From Verrucomicrobiota bacterium (GTDB taxonomy: Bacteria; Verrucomicrobiota; Lentisphaeria; Lentisphaerales; Lentisphaeraceae), in contig JBDKFG010000014.1 of assembly GCA_039798785.1 (NCBI GenBank), forward strand, positions 15,372 through 79,371: DNA of 64,000 bases. The letters run 5' to 3'. Position numbers and translations under genes: made by a program. Below, in pieces: positions 10,624 to 22,546 of this stretch; position 1 is the first letter of the stretch; each line of letters starts with the position of its first letter. A model generated the notes under the pieces. The model saw nothing but the letters and a program-made list of their open reading frames with translations. It had not been told where the DNA came from and did no database searches.

Positions 10624-11241
10624 ATGACTGAAGCCGAAGCCGAGGCCGCCGCCTGGCGCGGCGACGTCTGGGATCCAGAAACGCCCCTCACCGCCGCCTC
10701 CGCCCTGCCGGATGCGGCTTTTTGGCGCGACTGGCTGCTTTCCCGCAGCCTGCCGGCCTCAGAACGCTTCCGCTGGCAGCAGGCCCTCGCCGCGAACCGC
10801 CGTCCTCTGATCGAGCCGGAGGAATTCCATTCCGGACGCCTGCCGCCGCCGCCGGGCCGGGAAGCCGGCGAACTCGCCGCATGGAAAGCCCTCGCCCTCG
10901 CCCGCTTCCTGCATCACCAGAACCATGACGCCGGCCCCGCCACCGCTGCACTCCGCTGCGTCTGGCTCGGCCGCCTCCTCGACTTCTCCTGGCGCTCGCC
11001 CCGGCGAGCCCTCTTCTTCGACTTCTCCGATCATACCCTTATGGAATTCTGCGCCGCCCAGGTGGCCTCGCCGCCGCCGAGCGCCGCCGAACGCCACCGC
11101 GTCCTGCAGGCCCTCGACGCCGCCGGAGCCGCCATCGGCTTCTTCGCCGCGCAAGGCCAGATCCGGCCCGAACACGCCGAAATCTGGCTGCGGATCACCG
11201 GACACCTCAGCTCTCAAGTCCAGCAATGGAAGACCGGATGA
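10624..11241 (+). CDS. Hypothetical protein
   Basis: Fills the gap in a co-oriented operon; ATGA overlap with the next gene. Confidence 0.6.
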   Translation: MTEAEAEAAAWRGDVWDPETPLTAASALPDAAFWRDWLLSRSLPASERFRWQQALAANRRPLIEPEEFHSGRLPPPPGREAGELAAWKALALARFLHHQNHDAGPATAALRCVWLGRLLDFSWRSPRRALFFDFSDHTLMEFCAAQVASPPPSAAERHRVLQALDAAGAAIGFFAAQGQIRPEHAEIWLRITGHLSSQVQQWKTG

Positions 11242-12926
11242 TGCAGCTGCGCCCCGATCTCCTCGGCCTGATCAGCGCCCTCAGCGGCTACCAGCGCCGC
11301 GAAGAGCGCAGCAGCCGCGCCACCGCGACCGAACGCCGCCGAGCCACCCCCGAGGAACTCGCCCAGGATGGCGAGGTGATAGCCTCCGCCCGCCTCGAAA
11401 GCGGCGGGCGCCAGGCCGTCTACCGCTGGGATAACGGGGAACCCAAGCTGCGCCGCAGCCAGATCCTGGAAATCCTCGACCGCACCGCCCCGGAACGGCC
11501 GCCGCGCCGCGCCGCCGTCCTCGCCTTCGACCCCCTGCAGCGCCGCCTCGAACTCGACGTCGCCGCCGAAGGCCTGCCGCCCCTCGCCACCCTGATGCCG
11601 GCGCCGTCCCATGTCGCCGATGCCGTCGACGAAGCCCTGCAATCCTTCTGCCGCCAGCCGACAGCCTGGCCCGCCGCCCTCGCCCTGCTCAATCGCAGCG
11701 AAGCGCCGCCCGACCCGGGCGGCCCGCCGCCACGACTCTCCGAAGGCGACGCCCGCTGCGACAGCATCGTCCGGCGAGCCCTCGCCCTCGACGGAGCCTG
11801 CCTCGCCGTCCAAGGTCCTCCAGGAACAGGCAAGACCCACGTCGGCGTCCGCATCGCCCTCGAAGCCATCCTCGGCAAACGCCGCGTCGGCCTTCTCGCT
11901 CCTTCGCACAAGGCGATCGCCAACTTCTGCGCCGCCCTCGCCAGGTTGGCCGAAAGCCGCCGAGTCCGCAACCTGTCGCTGGTCCGCTCGCGCGACCGCG
12001 AGGGCCTTGATCAGATTTCAGGCGTCGACATGGTCGACTCGCTCAGCCGCGACTTCAAGCGGCATCACCTTCTCGCCGGCACGATCTACCAGCTGTGCCG
12101 ACTCCCCCCCGGCGCCCTCGACCTGCTGATCATCGACGAGGCCGGCCAGATCCCCCTGGCCTGGGCCGCCGCAGCCGGACGCCTCGCCAAAAACATCGTC
12201 ATCCTCGGCGACCAACGCCAGCTTCCCCAGGTGTCGATGGCGCAACATCCTGGCGGCGGACTCAGTTGCCTTGAACATTTCGCCGCGGGCGAGGCGGTGA
12301 TTGATCCCCGGCGCGGTGAATTCCTCGACCTCACCTGGCGGATGAACCCGGAGATCACCCGCTTCCTCAGCCGCAGCGTCTACGCCGGCCGTCTCAAGTC
12401 CCACCCTTCCACCGCCCTGCATGTGCTGACTCAGCACGAGCCCCGTGATCCCGCCCTCGGCCCGGAGGCCCTGGTCTGGCTCAACCTCTCCCACCGCGGC
12501 CGCTCGCAGTCCTGCCCCGAAGAAGCCTCGGAGGTCGAACGCCTCTGCCGCCTCCTGCTTGAGCGCGGCCTCGCCCCGGAACAGATGATGATCGTCGTCC
12601 CCTTCCGCGCCCAGGAGGCCCTGCTCCGCGCCCGCCTCCCCGCCAGCCTCGGCAACCAGATCGGCACCGTCGACCGCTTCCAGGGACGCGAAGCCGATGT
12701 CGTCCTCTTCTCGATGACCTGCAGTGATGCCGAGTCGATGCCCCGCGACAGCGAATTCCTCTTCTCTCTCGAACGCCTCAACGTCGCACTCTCCCGAGCT
12801 CGCTGCAAGGCCATCCTCCTCTGCGGTGACAAGCTCCTCTCCAGCCCCGCCCGCCAACTCGAACAGCTGCGCCTGATGGAAAACTTCTGCCGCCTCAAAC
12901 AATGCTGCCTGCAAGTCCAAGTTTGA
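11238..12926 (+). CDS. Superfamily 1 (DNA2/Upf1-like) helicase, resembling the C-terminal part of TM0106-family proteins
   Basis: VQGPPGTGKT, LLIIDEAGQ, LGDQRQLPQV, TWRMNP, GTVDRFQGRE, RLNVALSRAR. Confidence 0.88.
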   Translation: MMQLRPDLLGLISALSGYQRREERSSRATATERRRATPEELAQDGEVIASARLESGGRQAVYRWDNGEPKLRRSQILEILDRTAPERPPRRAAVLAFDPLQRRLELDVAAEGLPPLATLMPAPSHVADAVDEALQSFCRQPTAWPAALALLNRSEAPPDPGGPPPRLSEGDARCDSIVRRALALDGACLAVQGPPGTGKTHVGVRIALEAILGKRRVGLLAPSHKAIANFCAALARLAESRRVRNLSLVRSRDREGLDQISGVDMVDSLSRDFKRHHLLAGTIYQLCRLPPGALDLLIIDEAGQIPLAWAAAAGRLAKNIVILGDQRQLPQVSMAQHPGGGLSCLEHFAAGEAVIDPRRGEFLDLTWRMNPEITRFLSRSVYAGRLKSHPSTALHVLTQHEPRDPALGPEALVWLNLSHRGRSQSCPEEASEVERLCRLLLERGLAPEQMMIVVPFRAQEALLRARLPASLGNQIGTVDRFQGREADVVLFSMTCSDAESMPRDSEFLFSLERLNVALSRARCKAILLCGDKLLSSPARQLEQLRLMENFCRLKQCCLQVQV

Positions 12927-12937
12927 AATCCGGCCAA

Positions 12938-12973
12938 GGAAAAACCCCGGGACGATCGTCCCGGGGTTTTTCC
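12938..12973. terminator. Bidirectional terminator (perfect 36-bp palindrome)
   Basis: GGAAAAACCCCGGGACGA|TCGTCCCGGGGTTTTTCC between convergent genes. Confidence 0.85.
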
Positions 12974-12988
12974 GGTGAAGAGGAAGAT

Positions 12989-14146
12989 TTAAGCCGCGGC
13001 CGGTGCCGCCACCCCAGGCTTACGCATCTTCATCCAGACCCCGACGCCGATCGCCGCAGCCACCAGGAGCAAGCTGAGCGACACCAGGGGGCGGTAGAAG
13101 AACCAAGCGACCGCCATGGTCAGTAGAGACAGCGGCGCCGCCACCAGGAAGGCGATCAGACCCGTTCCGAATTCCGCAACGGCACCAAAGACCGGGACGA
13201 CATCGGCAAGGACCACCAGGGGGCGCAGAACTGTCATCACGCCGAAGAACATCACTGCCGCCCCGACCAGACGCAGGATCCAGGTCAGCTTGCTGTTGCT
13301 GCTCTCCGCCTGCTTGAACATCTCCTTGGCAGGCACCAAGCCATTCTGGACCATGAGAATCTGCCCCTGCTCCGAGTTCCAGGCAGCGAGACGATCACCG
13401 GCCTGACGCGCGACAATGCTGGCTTCCCCCGGACGACGCACCTGGAAGCTGATCCGAACATCGCCGACCTGGGCTTCATCGCCATTGATCGAAGTGGTCA
13501 GACGCCCCTCATGAAGACGCAGCTGGTTCGCCAGCTTGGCTGGCACCGCTTCGACCGGCAGAGCCTGGCTGCTGCCCAGGGACGCCGCCTGCGCAGTGAC
13601 ATCGAAGGCGCCAAGACGGGCCTCGCCACACTTCTGCGCAGAACTCCTCCACAACCAGGCGGAAGCCGGGGGGTTGACATGCTCGGCACTCTGCTTGAAT
13701 TCGACCGAGGAGATCGGCGTCTCCGCCCATTCCTTGGTGTAACTGTAGGTGGTCACGGTTTCCGTGCCGCCCCCCATCTTCTTATCGGTCTTACTGCTGC
13801 TGCTCTGCTTCCACTGCAGCATCTCGACACGACGCTCCAATCCCAGAGCTCCAGCCGCCTTGACGCCGAAGACCTCGTCCTCCAATGCGCCGCCGACAAC
13901 GACCTTGCCGCTGACATGGACCAGCTTTTCATTGTTGGCCGGATCAATCTTCTCCGGCGTCACTGCGATGACGCTGCTGGCGCCGCTCGCCAAGTTCTTG
14001 GCCTGCTGCACCGCGCGACCTTCGTTCCAAAACAGCAATGGGAAAGCTGCTATGAACAAAGCCACACCAAAAAGAGATCCCTTCAGGGACTCTATGATTC
14101 GGGCTCCCCAGGATTGACTGGAATGTTCTTGAGTCTCGTCAGACAT
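12989..14146 (-). CDS. TMEM43-family membrane protein
   Basis: LLFWNEGRAV, NNEKLVHVSG, LERRVEMLQWKQ, TYSYTKEW, QVGDVRISF, TWILRLVG, AWFFYRP. Confidence 0.88.
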   Translation of the reverse strand: MSDETQEHSSQSWGARIIESLKGSLFGVALFIAAFPLLFWNEGRAVQQAKNLASGASSVIAVTPEKIDPANNEKLVHVSGKVVVGGALEDEVFGVKAAGALGLERRVEMLQWKQSSSSKTDKKMGGGTETVTTYSYTKEWAETPISSVEFKQSAEHVNPPASAWLWRSSAQKCGEARLGAFDVTAQAASLGSSQALPVEAVPAKLANQLRLHEGRLTTSINGDEAQVGDVRISFQVRRPGEASIVARQAGDRLAAWNSEQGQILMVQNGLVPAKEMFKQAESSNSKLTWILRLVGAAVMFFGVMTVLRPLVVLADVVPVFGAVAEFGTGLIAFLVAAPLSLLTMAVAWFFYRPLVSLSLLLVAAAIGVGVWMKMRKPGVAAPAAA

Positions 14147-14370
14147 CGTCATCGCCTCATGTTGTTGTTTTGCTCATCCGTACACGTCATCGTGCGTTCA
14201 TGACAATTCTGCCCCCACCCACGATTACAATTCCCGTAAGACTTCTTAATCAAAGGGAATTTTAGAATCACACCCCTCCAGCACCACCACAACTGCGACA
14301 CTCTTCCTATGGTTTTTTACCTTCGCCGCACTACTTTGTGCGGCTTTTTTCAACCCACCAGGAATCCCCC

Positions 14371-17074
<2,704 letters not shown>

Positions 17075-17076
<2 letters not shown>

Positions 17077-17093
17077 GCGCAGCGGAGTCAGCC
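17075..17093 (+). repeat. 19-bp direct repeat GAGCGCAGCGGAGTCAGCC (left copy; supplies the RBS of the next gene)
   Basis: Identical to 17959-17977. Confidence 0.85.
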
Positions 17094-17981
17094 ATGCACC
17101 GCGATTTGGAGAAGAAGCTTTCCGCCCGAGCCCTTGAGCTCGGCAACTCGGGAGAGGGCGCCGCCCTCTCCGAGCTGACTCAGCTTCTGCGCTCCGAATC
17201 CGCCGAAGTCCGCCGCATCGCCATATCCGCCATCAGCAAACTCTCAGGCGTCGCGGATCCCGCAAAAGCGGTGTCCGCGGCGCTGCCTCTTTTGCGTGAT
17301 CCGCACCCTCAGGTCCGCCAGTACGCCATCAAGGCTCTATCGGCTTATGGAACCGCCGCGGAAGCTGCCCGCCACGATCTCGAGGATATCGCCGCCAATC
17401 CCACCGAAAAGGACTACAACCGGCGCGATGCCACCAAGGCTCTGACCACCCTCAAAGAAGCGCTGCGCATCGCCGAGGAGCAAGCAGTCCATTGCTGCCA
17501 ACGCTGCCAAGTGCGGATCAATGCCGACGAATATGCCCGCTCCCGCCGCGCCTTCGACCGCCCCTACTGCGACCGCTGCTTCGACGAGGTCTACCTGCGC
17601 CGCCGCAACGAAGACACCCGCATCGAGCTGCACAAGACCATCCAAGCCCGCGATGGCACCTTGGTCCAAAGCCACGGCGAACGCCTGATCGCCGAGTGGC
17701 TCAGCCAAAACAGCATCGACTATCGCTACGACGAACGCATCCGCATCCTCCAAGGCTACGCCATCCGCCCCGACTTCTATCTGCCCGAATTTGATCTCTA
17801 CATCGAGTACTGGGGCATGAACACCGCCGACTACAAGATCGGCATGCTGATGAAGCAAAAACTCTACCAGCAACAAGGCAAGGCCCTGATCTCGCTCTAC
17901 CCCGAAGATAAAGAACACATCGGCGCCATTCTCAGCGCCAAACTGTTCCGGCGTCACGGAGCGCAGCGGAGTCAGCCCTGA
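17094..17981 (+). CDS. HEAT-repeat + Zn finger + PD-(D/E)xK-like nuclease domain protein
   Basis: HEAT motifs (EVRRIAISAISKL, PQVRQYAIKAL), CQRC...YCDRC, VQSHGERLIAEWL...RPDFYLPEFDLYIEYWG. Confidence 0.8.
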   Translation: MHRDLEKKLSARALELGNSGEGAALSELTQLLRSESAEVRRIAISAISKLSGVADPAKAVSAALPLLRDPHPQVRQYAIKALSAYGTAAEAARHDLEDIAANPTEKDYNRRDATKALTTLKEALRIAEEQAVHCCQRCQVRINADEYARSRRAFDRPYCDRCFDEVYLRRRNEDTRIELHKTIQARDGTLVQSHGERLIAEWLSQNSIDYRYDERIRILQGYAIRPDFYLPEFDLYIEYWGMNTADYKIGMLMKQKLYQQQGKALISLYPEDKEHIGAILSAKLFRRHGAQRSQP

Positions 17982-18057
17982 GCTCCCCTCCGGCGCCACG
18001 GCGCAGCGGAGTCAGCATCGGCCCCAGCGCCACGCAGCGCAGCGGAGTCAGCCCTGA
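17948..18057 (+). repeat. Three tandem REP/BIME-like units with core GCGCAGCGGAGTCAGC
   Basis: Core at 17961, 18001 and 18037, each preceded by CC(G/A)GCG(T/C)CACG. Confidence 0.85.
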
Positions 18058-18060
18058 TCC

Positions 18061-19128
18061 TCAGAAATCATAGACATGCTCGAGCTTGACCTCGGGCCGC
18101 TGCAAGCTCAGCAAGACTTCGCTCAGCCGGGCCACCGGGACTTCAAGCACCAGCCTGCGGCTGCCGGGGTGGGTGAGCTGCTCCTGGCTGAGCAGAATGG
18201 GCTGCTTTGGCACAAAGCTGTCCGGCGCCAAGATGCTGACCAGGATGACCCCGTGATTACCGGCGATGTCGCGGAAAACCACCCCGTGCCGAGCCAGTCC
18301 CAAGGCATGATCGGTAAAGGCCTGGTAGCGCGGCACCGTGCACAGCAGCGAGCCGTCGGCAAAACGCTTCAATTCCTTGATCTCCGGAAACTCCCGGCGA
18401 GCCGCTTCCGGCAAGTGATCCAGCACCACCGGCGTGGTCATCTCCTCCACCTCGAAGGCGCTCTCCGAACCCTTCTTGATCAACCAGGCATAGGCCACCT
18501 TGATCGCGTATTCGCTGGTCAGGAAATACTTGCGTTCCCACTTGCGGATCTGATTGTCGCCCCGGAAGCCGGTGCCAGTCCAGACCTGCTTCAGGGGCGT
18601 CGCGAAATCGAACTTGTACCAGGGATAGATCTTGACGAATTCGACGTAGTCCCGCGCCACCTTCGCCGCCAGCTCGTCCTCCGCCGTCTTGCCGCTGCGG
18701 GTGAGTTCGGACAAGCGCCCGACCGTCCGTTCATAGCCGCACATCAGGGTGTATTCGCCGGTGGCGCTGACCCCGATGACGGTGTCCATCAGGTGGTACT
18801 CGCCGTTGTAGGGATAGTCCGGTTCGACCCGGGCATAGATCGCGTTGTAGCAGTCCCAGTACTGGCGCAGCTGGCCGAAGAAGGGAAACTGGCTGGGCTG
18901 GCGGTCCTTCATGAAGTCGGCGTATTCCTCCGGACCGAAAACCAGGTTCCATTCGGGAATGGTGAGGAAGGTGTTGTCGCCGCGGCGACGCATCTCCACC
19001 GGCACGGCACTGGCCTGATCCAGACGGGCGCTTTTCTCCTCGTCGGCAAGGCGCTTCTTCTCGCCGTGGAAATGCAGCGCGAAAAGGGCGCAGACGGCGG
19101 CGACGAGGGCTAGGGGGCGGTGGCTCAT
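18061..19128 (-). CDS. Hypothetical protein with N-terminal signal/anchor (third gene of the FAD oxidase operon)
   Basis: MSHRPLALVAAVCALFALHF; ATGA overlap with the methyltransferase. Confidence 0.8.
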   Translation of the reverse strand: MSHRPLALVAAVCALFALHFHGEKKRLADEEKSARLDQASAVPVEMRRRGDNTFLTIPEWNLVFGPEEYADFMKDRQPSQFPFFGQLRQYWDCYNAIYARVEPDYPYNGEYHLMDTVIGVSATGEYTLMCGYERTVGRLSELTRSGKTAEDELAAKVARDYVEFVKIYPWYKFDFATPLKQVWTGTGFRGDNQIRKWERKYFLTSEYAIKVAYAWLIKKGSESAFEVEEMTTPVVLDHLPEAARREFPEIKELKRFADGSLLCTVPRYQAFTDHALGLARHGVVFRDIAGNHGVILVSILAPDSFVPKQPILLSQEQLTHPGSRRLVLEVPVARLSEVLLSLQRPEVKLEHVYDF

Positions 19129-19994
19129 GGGCGCTCCGTTTTGCTGAAGGCCATCAGCAGGTTGTCGGTGGGATCCTTGTCCTGGGCAAGGCGGAAACCG
19201 AGATCCTTGAAGCCCTGCTTCTCGATCATTTCGGCCCATTCGGCGGCGGGACGGAAGCGGCGGAATTCCTGTTCGTTGACGGCCCAAGGAACATCCAGAC
19301 CGAGGTTGAAGACGGTGTGAACCAGGGAGACGAAGTCATGCATTTGCGGCGTCCGCACATCGTGGTCGCGGAGGATGAAGAGCCCGCCCGGCCGGAGGCT
19401 GCGGCGGATCGACTGCAGGAAGGCGTCGAGGCGATCGAGCGGACAGTGATGCAGGCCGATGTAGCAGGTGACGACATCGAGGCTGGCGGGAGCGATCCCA
19501 TGGCCATCAAGCGGCAGATAGTCAAGCGGGATGAATTCCCCCAGCTTGCCGAACTGGCCGCGCTCCATGATGTCGCCGGGGCCATTGCCGGGGGCGATGT
19601 CGTTGCACAGCAGCAGTCGGCCGGTGACCGCGACTTTTTTGCGCAGGACGCTGATGTAGCGGCCGGTGCTGCCGATCTCGAGGTAGCCGTTGATCATCTT
19701 GCGCTCGCCAAGGATCTTCAAGGTCTGGCCCGAGATCACGGCCTTCTGCTTTTTCAGGGCCGGCAGGCCGTAGGTCAAGGGCTGCAGGAAGGGCTTGATC
19801 TGCGGCAGTTTCGCCTGCACCTGCTGATACACCGCCTGGTCGGTGTCGTGCTGCACCGAGACTTCGCTGAGGAGACGGTGGAACTTGTCCTCCGGAAAGA
19901 GGTGGAAGATGTTTTGCAGGAAGAGATAGAAGGCGTCGCTCTGCTTGACGTCGCCAAAGACCTGGCGGAACTCACGGGTGACTTGCGTATTCAT
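19125..19994 (-). CDS. Class I SAM-dependent methyltransferase
   Basis: YLEIGSTGRY, SLDVVTCYIGLHH, LRPGGLFILRDHD. Confidence 0.88.
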   Translation of the reverse strand: MNTQVTREFRQVFGDVKQSDAFYLFLQNIFHLFPEDKFHRLLSEVSVQHDTDQAVYQQVQAKLPQIKPFLQPLTYGLPALKKQKAVISGQTLKILGERKMINGYLEIGSTGRYISVLRKKVAVTGRLLLCNDIAPGNGPGDIMERGQFGKLGEFIPLDYLPLDGHGIAPASLDVVTCYIGLHHCPLDRLDAFLQSIRRSLRPGGLFILRDHDVRTPQMHDFVSLVHTVFNLGLDVPWAVNEQEFRRFRPAAEWAEMIEKQGFKDLGFRLAQDKDPTDNLLMAFSKTERP

Positions 19995-21709
19995 CAGACT
20001 TTCTCCTGGCTGTAGTATTTGTTCCAAAGGGCGTTGCGGAAGCGGAAATGGGGATCGTAGCGGCGTTTCAGAGCGAAGAGCTCGCGAGCCCGGGGATAGG
20101 CGGCGTGAAACTGCTCCGGCGTCGCATGGGGTTCGTAAGGCAGATAGTAGCGACCTCCCTCAGCCAAAGCCGCGTCAATCAATTCGCGGGTCCAGACTCC
20201 GACGCGACCGCGTTCGGCGGCGTGGACCTCCTGCTTGTAGTACATGACGAAGGCGAAGACCTCTTCCGGCGCCCAGGCGAGAAGCGAGCCGGGATCGGCG
20301 ACGGCATGGCGGATCGAGATGTTCATGGTGTTGACGCCGTGGCGCTGGAGGATCTCGCGCAAGCGGACGGTGAAGGCCTCGAAGCGATCGACCGGGATGA
20401 AATACTCCTGCAGCACATAGGTCGACTTCTGCCGCGAGCGGGGTTCGAGCTCAGCCACGTCGTAGCTCGCCTCGTAATTGCGCCAGTGCACCTTCTGCTT
20501 GAAATGGAGCAGCGGGTCGATGATGAACTCGCGACGCCACTTGCCGAAAGGCGTCTCCGAGATCGCCCAGAGGAGATAGCGCTCGAGCGGGAATGACGAG
20601 CGCAGCGGCACAGTCTTCTCCGGCACGGTGACCGGCTTGTCGGTCTCCTCCCAGGTCTGCGAACGCATGCGGGTGTAGAGCGGCGGATAGAGGTCGGCAT
20701 TGTGGAAGACCGCCTTGGGATTGTCGCGCACCGCACTGCGGAAGAAAGCCAGGTAGTCCGGCACTTCAAGCTTGCGGCTGACCAGGCCGACGCGGCTGTT
20801 GGCGACCACGTCAAGCTCGGCTTCGACGATGATGCCGAGGGCGTTGTAGCCGCCGATATTGCCGTAGAAAAGCTCGGCATTGTCGCTCGGCGACGCGTCC
20901 TTGACGCTGCCGTCGGCGAGAACCAGACGGATCGAACGCACCGACAGGATCACCGGACCGAGCCCCATGTAACGGCCGTGAGCATTGACGCTGAGGGTGC
21001 CGCCGACGGTGAAATTGGCATAGCTCTGCATGATCTTGACAGCACAGCCGTGGGGATCGAGGAAGCGTTGCAGGTCGCACCAGCGCACCCCGGCCTGAAC
21101 CCTGACGCGCCGCTCAGACGGCGAAAACTGGAGGATTTGATTGAAGCCGCGCAGGTCGAAATGGACGCTGCCGGGGCTGGCGGTCTGACCTCCCATGCTG
21201 AAGTGTCCGCCGCCCACTGAGACCGGCCCCTCGCTCTCCCCCAGCATCCGCGAGATCTCGTCGACGCTGACCGGCTTGAGCACCTTCAGAACCTCGACCG
21301 GATTGAGGCCGGTGACATCGTTGACGATGGTGGTGCTTCCCTGTCTGTTGGTGTCGACCACCAGATAGTCGAGCTCCTGGCGATCCGGCAGAGCACCGTA
21401 GCGATTGTCGCTTTGTTTGCCCTTGCGCAGATACAGAGTGCCGATCACCCAGGCCGGGCCAAGCAGGGGAATGGCAAGCAGAAGCAGCCACCACACCGAG
21501 CGCCCGAGATCGTGATAACGCTTCTTCGCCAGGACGAAGAGCGACCAGAGGAAAGGCGGATACAAGATCCAAGTGGCCTTCCAGCCGGCGAGATCGTCGA
21601 TCAAGACGAATCCGACGACAAACACCGAAATCACCAGCAAGCTGGCGTACCAGAAGTCAGCTCGACTGACTCGGCCGCTAATCGAAAAAAGAAGTTTGAG
21701 CAGGGGCAT
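19994..21709 (-). CDS. DUF805 membrane domain fused to a VAO/PCMH-type FAD-linked oxidoreductase
   Basis: N-term FSISGRVSRADFW...KRYHDLGRS...NRYG (DUF805); GGGHFSMGGQ, VQAGVRW, TVGGTLSVNAHG, LKRRYDPHFRFRN. Confidence 0.9.
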   Translation of the reverse strand: MPLLKLLFSISGRVSRADFWYASLLVISVFVVGFVLIDDLAGWKATWILYPPFLWSLFVLAKKRYHDLGRSVWWLLLLAIPLLGPAWVIGTLYLRKGKQSDNRYGALPDRQELDYLVVDTNRQGSTTIVNDVTGLNPVEVLKVLKPVSVDEISRMLGESEGPVSVGGGHFSMGGQTASPGSVHFDLRGFNQILQFSPSERRVRVQAGVRWCDLQRFLDPHGCAVKIMQSYANFTVGGTLSVNAHGRYMGLGPVILSVRSIRLVLADGSVKDASPSDNAELFYGNIGGYNALGIIVEAELDVVANSRVGLVSRKLEVPDYLAFFRSAVRDNPKAVFHNADLYPPLYTRMRSQTWEETDKPVTVPEKTVPLRSSFPLERYLLWAISETPFGKWRREFIIDPLLHFKQKVHWRNYEASYDVAELEPRSRQKSTYVLQEYFIPVDRFEAFTVRLREILQRHGVNTMNISIRHAVADPGSLLAWAPEEVFAFVMYYKQEVHAAERGRVGVWTRELIDAALAEGGRYYLPYEPHATPEQFHAAYPRARELFALKRRYDPHFRFRNALWNKYYSQEKV

Positions 21710-21770
21710 CGTGACTCTCCGAGTTGCTTTGAGGATGCTGCATACTACTCCCGATGCGACTCAAACTAAA

Positions 21771-21816
21771 ATTGATGAAATCAATGACTAAATTTCTTTT
21801 AATCGATAAAATCTAT
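21771..21816. promoter_or_regulatory. Paired LysR-type (T-N11-A) operator in an AT-rich divergent promoter
   Basis: ATTGATgaaATCAAT (21771-21785) and ATCGATaaaATCTAT (21802-21816). Confidence 0.55.
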
Positions 21817-21913
21817 AAATTGAAGCTGAATGAAGACACGAATTCGCCCTCTCGCGCCCTTTGTTTTTTCCCGCCTTGGATGTCTCGTCGGCAAAACCCC
21901 CAAGGACTCAGCC

Positions 21914-22204
21914 ATGCTCGAACTCAAAGCCGCCACCCGCCTCCGCATCAGCGACAGCCCGATCAAAGGCGTCATCTTCCTCTGCGGCTACCAGGGCCGC
22001 GGCGTCGCCCTCTGCCTTTGCGGCTCCCGCAACAGCCCGGTCTTCGTCTTCGATGACGAGGCCAGCGCTTATCACGCCGCCCGCGATTGGTTCGGCGACC
22101 AGAACGACGGCTTCATCGAAACTGAAAAGATCGACCTCGCCGCCAAGCCGCCGGAATTGCAGCGCTTCTCCGAGTCGCTCCCCCTCATCCTCGCCGCCCT
22201 CTGA
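21914..22204 (+). CDS. Hypothetical protein (96 aa)
   Basis: AAGGA RBS, strong host codon usage. Confidence 0.7.
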   Translation: MLELKAATRLRISDSPIKGVIFLCGYQGRGVALCLCGSRNSPVFVFDDEASAYHAARDWFGDQNDGFIETEKIDLAAKPPELQRFSESLPLILAAL

Positions 22205-22208
22205 AATC

Positions 22209-22484
22209 ATGATCGAACGCCGCCACTACCTCATCCGCGGACGAGTCCAAGGCGTCGGCTACCGAGCCTTCGCCGAACGCAGCGGCCAACACCTCGGCCT
22301 CCACGGATGGGTCCGCAACCTCGCTGATGGCGGCGTCGAAGCCGAAGCCCAAGGTCAACCCGACGCCCTCGCCGCCTTCGAAGATTTGCTCCGCCAGGGA
22401 CCGCCGCTCGGACGAGTCCGCGAACTCGTCATCGAAACCATCGGCCTGCAAGCCGCTGAAACGGGCTTCGCCATCGCTTATTGA
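22209..22484 (+). CDS. acyP: Acylphosphatase
   Basis: IRGRVQGVGYR, GWVRNLADGGVE, LRQGPP. Confidence 0.93.
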   Translation: MIERRHYLIRGRVQGVGYRAFAERSGQHLGLHGWVRNLADGGVEAEAQGQPDALAAFEDLLRQGPPLGRVRELVIETIGLQAAETGFAIAY

Positions 22485-22546
22485 TCCGGGCACAAAGCCT
22501 GCGTTGGTGACCTCGACAATCATCGAAATCGATCAAGGAGAGCGCC

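Noticed and set aside
17948..18057. Possible mini-CRISPR array
   Set aside because: Spacers only about 7-12 nt, repeats degenerate, no cas genes or leader
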